Positions 33,259-36,562 of a stretch of DNA of 36,562 nucleotides are shown in pieces. The notes under the pieces were generated by a model. The model did not search any database. It saw only the letters and a list, made by a program, of their open reading frames with translations, and was not told where the DNA came from. The stretch comes from an uncultured Clostridia bacterium (GTDB lineage: Bacteria; Bacillota; Clostridia; Christensenellales; Borkfalkiaceae). The stretch covers positions 1-36,562 of the forward strand of contig CAJOMM010000003.1 in NCBI GenBank assembly GCA_905235765.1, given 5' to 3'. Each line of letters opens with the position of its first letter. Position 1 is the stretch's first letter. Both the position numbers and the translations under genes were made by a program.

Positions 33259-33564
33259 ATGGAAAAACTCAAATCAAGTGAAGACGGCTTCACCGCTACG
33301 ACGGAAGAAGCAAAAAAACAAAGAGAACAGGAAAATCTCAAAAAGTCCAAGAAAAAAAGCGATAAGCCGGGATTTTTTAAGCGTTTGGGCGGAAAGATAA
33401 AGGACATTTTTTCCGAACTCAAAAAGGTTACCTGGCCTTCTTTTTCAAAGGTCGTAAAAAATACGGGCGTCGTTTTGGTCATAGTTTTGGTGTTTTTGGT
33501 AGTGATAACCGCTTTCGATTTCGGTTTGGGGCAGTTGCTTAATCTTGTAGCCCCCAGAGCATAA
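33259..33564 (+). CDS. secE: preprotein translocase subunit SecE (with a basic N-terminal extension)
   Basis: C-terminal KDIFSELKKVTWPSFSKVVKNTGVVLVIVLVFLVVITAFDFGL is a typical SecE TM region. Lies between rpmG and nusG. Confidence 0.9.
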   Translation: MEKLKSSEDGFTATTEEAKKQREQENLKKSKKKSDKPGFFKRLGGKIKDIFSELKKVTWPSFSKVVKNTGVVLVIVLVFLVVITAFDFGLGQLLNLVAPRA

Positions 33565-33574
33565 GGAGTTACTG

Positions 33575-34123
33575 ATGGGGTTAGAAGAAGCAAAGTGGTA
33601 CGTCATCCATACCTATTCCGGTTACGAGACGATGGTAAAAGATTCGCTTGAAAAACTTATCGAGAACAACAATCTTCAGGATAAGATAGGCGAAATTCAG
33701 ATTCCTACGGAAGAGACCTTGGAAGAAAAAGCCAACGGAAAGAAAAAAGTAGTGGAAAGAAAGAAATTTCCGTGCTACGTTTTCGTCAAAATGATATATA
33801 CCAACGAAATATGGTATCTCGTTACTAATACGAGGGGCGTTACGGGATTCGTAGGGCCGCAGGGTAGACCTATGCCACTTTCGGACGACGAAGTTATGAG
33901 GATAGGGCTTGTCAAGGTCGCAGTAAACGTGGATTTCGAAGTGGGAGACGACGTTCAGATCGTTTCCGGCGCGTTGGAATCGTTTACGGGCAAAGTCGTT
34001 TCCTTGAACCGTTCGCAACAAAAGGTAATGGTAAACGTTTTAATGTTCGGCAGAAGTACCGACGTAGAAGTGGACTTTGTACAGGTTAAAAAGATAAACG
34101 CCGAGGATAACGCTCAGGCGTAA
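33575..34123 (+). CDS. nusG: transcription termination/antitermination factor NusG
   Basis: KWYVIHTYSGYE NGN domain and a C-terminal KOW domain (GDDVQIVSGALESFTGKVVSL). Confidence 0.95.
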   Translation: MGLEEAKWYVIHTYSGYETMVKDSLEKLIENNNLQDKIGEIQIPTEETLEEKANGKKKVVERKKFPCYVFVKMIYTNEIWYLVTNTRGVTGFVGPQGRPMPLSDDEVMRIGLVKVAVNVDFEVGDDVQIVSGALESFTGKVVSLNRSQQKVMVNVLMFGRSTDVEVDFVQVKKINAEDNAQA

Positions 34124-34138
34124 ATAAAGATGATATAC

Positions 34139-34153
34139 AGGCGATATTCGCCT
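34139..34153 (+). other. short hairpin between nusG and rplK (weak terminator or processing site)
   Basis: aggcga-tat-tcgcct followed by ttatata. Only a 6-bp stem. Confidence 0.25.
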
Positions 34154-34223
34154 TTATATAGTGGGAGTTGCGGTAAATTTTTCACACTATCGTAACGCTA
34201 TAACCACAGATTGGAGGTTTTTT

Positions 34224-34649
34224 ATGGCTAAAAAAGTAACGGCAATAGTTAAACTGCAATTACCGGCAGGCAAGGCGACCCCGGGTCCGCCCGTAGGTTC
34301 GACTTTGGGACCTCACGGAATAAATATTCCCGGATTTACCAAAGAGTTTAACGCGAAAACGGCGGATCAGGCAGGACTTATAATCCCCGTCGTTATGACG
34401 ATTTATCAGGATCGTTCTTTTACTTTCGTACTTAAAACTCCGCCGGCGCCCGTTCTTATCAAAAAGGCGGCGAAGATAGAATCCGGCAGTGCTGTTCCCA
34501 ACAAGACGAAGGTTGCAAAGATAACGAAGTCTCAAGTCGAAGAGATAGCAAAACTCAAAATGCCCGATTTGAACGCCAACACTTTGGAAGCGGCGGCAAG
34601 CATGATTGCCGGCACGGCGAGAAGTATGGGCGTAGAAGTCGTAGACTGA
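34224..34649 (+). CDS. rplK: 50S ribosomal protein L11
   Basis: [38 protein letters not shown] 34224 follows TGGAGG. The track start at 34161 is upstream of the SD. Confidence 0.95.
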   Translation: MAKKVTAIVKLQLPAGKATPGPPVGSTLGPHGINIPGFTKEFNAKTADQAGLIIPVVMTIYQDRSFTFVLKTPPAPVLIKKAAKIESGSAVPNKTKVAKITKSQVEEIAKLKMPDLNANTLEAAASMIAGTARSMGVEVVD

Positions 34650-34654
34650 TTTTA

Positions 34655-34698
34655 GCGTGGGAGGGGTATTCCCCGAAAGTACCACGGGAGGTTATTAA
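34655..34698 (+). promoter_or_regulatory. candidate L1-binding regulatory structure upstream of rplA
   Basis: The sequence gcgtgggaggggtattccccgaaagtaccacgggagg folds as an outer stem cgtgg/ccacg enclosing hairpin gggg-tatt-cccc and an asymmetric loop. It abuts the rplA SD GGGAGG. Confidence 0.3.
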
Positions 34699-35385
34699 AT
34701 GAAACACGGAAAGAAATATACAGAAAGCGCAAAAAACATCGATAAAGCAAAACTTTACGACGCAAGCGAAGGAATAGGTCTCGTTCTCGACGGGGCGAAA
34801 GCCAAGTTTGACGAAACGATAGAACTTCACGTTCGTTTGGGCGTAGACCCCAAACAAGCGGATCAACAGGTCAGAGGCGTTATCGTTCTTCCGAACGGAA
34901 CCGGTAAAGACGTAAAAGTTTTGGTTCTCGCAAAAGGCGACAAGGCGGACGAAGCGAAAGCGGCAGGCGCCGACTTCGTTGGTGCGGAGGATATGATCCA
35001 GAAGATTCAGACGGAGAACTGGTTCGATTACGACGTAATTATCACCACTCCCGATATGATGGGACTTGTCGGTAGGATAGGTAAGGTTTTAGGACCTAAG
35101 GGCTTAATGCCTAACCCGAAATCCGGCACGGTAACCATGGACGTTGCGAAAGCGATTAAAGATACCAAAGCAGGTAAGGTCGAATACAGACTCGATAAAA
35201 ACGCTATCATACATTGCGCTATCGGTAAAAAGAGTTTCGGCGTAGAAAAGATAAAAGAAAACTACGACGCGCTTATGGAAGCCATAATAAAGGCAAAACC
35301 TGCGGCGGCGAAAGGTCTTTATATCCGCAGCGTATCTCTTGCCAGCACGATGGGACCCGGTGTAAAAATTGCCGCTAAAATTTAG
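34699..35385 (+). CDS. rplA: 50S ribosomal protein L1
   Basis: 228 aa. [46 protein letters not shown]. Confidence 0.95.
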   Translation: MKHGKKYTESAKNIDKAKLYDASEGIGLVLDGAKAKFDETIELHVRLGVDPKQADQQVRGVIVLPNGTGKDVKVLVLAKGDKADEAKAAGADFVGAEDMIQKIQTENWFDYDVIITTPDMMGLVGRIGKVLGPKGLMPNPKSGTVTMDVAKAIKDTKAGKVEYRLDKNAIIHCAIGKKSFGVEKIKENYDALMEAIIKAKPAAAKGLYIRSVSLASTMGPGVKIAAKI

Positions 35386-35414
35386 TTGACAATAGTTTTT
35401 ACCGGTGATATAAT
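35386..35414 (+). promoter_or_regulatory. promoter of rplJ-rplL
   Basis: TTGACA (35386-35391), 17-nt spacer, extended -10 TGaTATAAT (35406-35414). Confidence 0.65.
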
Positions 35415-35419
35415 AAGAA

Positions 35420-35560
35420 AGTAAAAATTAAATAGCCCGAGACAGCAGGTGTATAATTTGGCTATGCCAAAACCAGCCGAGGCGGAAAAACAGAGAAAAC
35501 GATTATTTTATCGCGCCCTCGTTTCCGTTTCGGAAACGAGGGCTTTTTCAAATCAAAAAA
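35420..35560 (+). ncRNA. ribosomal protein L10 leader (autoregulatory attenuator) with terminator hairpin at 35515-35549
   Basis: A ~150-nt structured 5' UTR between a consensus promoter and rplJ. It ends in a 13-bp stem gccctcgtttccg / cggaaacgagggc plus ttttt. This position and architecture match the Firmicute L10 leader class. Confidence 0.6.
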
Positions 35561-35572
35561 GGAGGTAAAGTA

Positions 35573-36097
35573 ATGTCGGCAAATTTTGAAGCGAAAAAAC
35601 AAGTAGTAGAAGAAATCAAAGAAAAAATTCAGAATTCCAAGTCGGTTGTATTCGTTAAATCTTTGGGCTTAACCGTTGCGGAAGATACCGAACTCCGTAA
35701 AGAATTTCTGAGCAAGCAAGTTGAGTATAAAGTGCTTAAAAACACGCTTATAAGACGCGCTTTTAACGACCTCGGCGTAACCGATTTCGACGATGAGTTG
35801 AACGGCCCGACTTCCGTTGCGTTCGGACATGACGAAACGTCTGCGGCAAAAATCGTTATAGAAGCGGCTAAAAAGTATGATACGAAACTTTCGGTAAAAT
35901 GCGCTTACGTAGAAGGCAATAAGGTAGACGTAAAGGGCGTAAAAGCCTTGGCGTCTATGCCCAGCAAAGAAGAACTCGTTGCCAAAATGCTCGGTTCTCT
36001 GCAAGCGCCAATATCCAACTTCGTGGGTGTCCTTTCGGCTATTCCCAGAGGTTTGGTCATCGCCCTCAACGCTGTTGCGGAAAAGAAGGCAAACTAA
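35573..36097 (+). CDS. rplJ: 50S ribosomal protein L10
   Basis: 174 aa with SD AAGGAGG. KQVVEEIKEKIQNSKSVVFV..GLTVAEDTELRKE. Confidence 0.95.
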   Translation: MSANFEAKKQVVEEIKEKIQNSKSVVFVKSLGLTVAEDTELRKEFLSKQVEYKVLKNTLIRRAFNDLGVTDFDDELNGPTSVAFGHDETSAAKIVIEAAKKYDTKLSVKCAYVEGNKVDVKGVKALASMPSKEELVAKMLGSLQAPISNFVGVLSAIPRGLVIALNAVAEKKAN

Positions 36098-36152
36098 GTC
36101 GAAAAACTATAAAAAATTAAAAAATATAAAATAAATTCGGAGGAATAAAAAA

Positions 36153-36530
36153 ATGGCAGATATTCAGAAAATTTTAGAAGAAGTAAAGGGTATGACGGTT
36201 TTGGAACTTAACGAACTCGTTAAGGCTTTGGAAGAAGAATTCGGCGTAAGCGCGGCGGCTCCCGTAGCGGTTGCAGCGGCTCCCGTAGCAGGTGGCGCGG
36301 CGGCTCCGGCTGAAGAAGAAAAGACCGAATTCAAAGTTTCCATCAAAGAAATCGGCGACAAGAAGATCGACGTTATCAAAGCGGTTCGTGAATTCACCAC
36401 TTTAGGTCTCGGCGAAGCGAAAGCTTTGGTTGAAGCTAAGGGCGTAATCAAAGAAAACGCTACCAAAGAAGAAGCTGACAAGATGATCGCGCGCTTCAAA
36501 GAAGCAGGCGCTACCGTCGTAGCAGAGTAA
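36153..36530 (+). CDS. rplL: 50S ribosomal protein L7/L12
   Basis: 125 aa. [31 protein letters not shown], an Ala/Pro hinge, then the C-terminal domain [20 protein letters not shown]. Confidence 0.95.
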   Translation: MADIQKILEEVKGMTVLELNELVKALEEEFGVSAAAPVAVAAAPVAGGAAAPAEEEKTEFKVSIKEIGDKKIDVIKAVREFTTLGLGEAKALVEAKGVIKENATKEEADKMIARFKEAGATVVAE

Positions 36531-36562
36531 TTAAAGCAAATTTAAAAAAGCCTTGCCGTGGA

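Noticed and set aside
33213-33593. 126-aa minus-strand ORF over secE
   Set aside because: It is antisense to secE within the universally conserved rpmG-secE-nusG cluster. A shadow ORF.
1-36562. CRISPR arrays, tRNA or rRNA genes, IS elements or transposases, toxin-antitoxin pairs, known defence-system signatures
   Set aside because: No regularly spaced repeats, no cloverleaf-like intergenic segments, no transposase or recombinase-like ORFs and no small paired ORFs were seen. Every intergenic region longer than 80 nt is accounted for by promoters, leaders or terminators.

Overview
This 36.6-kb window comes from a Bacillota (Clostridia-like) chromosome, judged from gene order and extended -10 (TGn) promoters. 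The right ~27 kb is ordinary core genome. It holds ispG, a PolC-derived gene at the polC locus, and rimP-nusA-ylxR-ylxQ-infB-rbfA-nrnA-truB-ribF. Next come an endonuclease IV-like TIM-barrel gene, pepP-efp, an SDR gene, purA, malQ and a VanZ-like gene. On the minus strand lies ecfA1-ecfA2-ecfT-truA. These are followed by a cyclophilin lipoprotein gene, a SpoIVFA/SpoIVFB-like pair and rpmG-secE-nusG-rplK-rplA-rplJ-rplL with an L10 leader. The left ~9.5 kb is the unusual part. After a partial lipoprotein gene and a membrane protein gene sits a self-contained 8-kb, 8-gene plus-strand operon of phage origin. It encodes TerL, a TerS-related protein without a helix-turn-helix (HTH), a portal, a frame-broken scaffold, a major capsid protein and three uncharacterised virion-like proteins. 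It has a housekeeping-type promoter and is bracketed by intrinsic terminators. No integrase, regulator, replication, lysis, long-tail or receptor-binding gene is visible in the window. I read it as a candidate domesticated short-tailed particle or gene-transfer-agent (GTA)-like packaging cassette; a decaying prophage stump is the alternative. Other notable points: the polC locus encodes only the N-terminal, OB and exonuclease domains (510 aa), with no PHP or polymerase domains. Four single-nucleotide-type frame breaks occur (scaffold, infB, truB twice), which may be assembly indels. The rimP-nusA leader carries a terminator-like attenuator. No rRNA, tRNA, CRISPR array or transposase was seen. 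All calls come from reading the sequence and ORF translations by eye; no searches or statistics were run.
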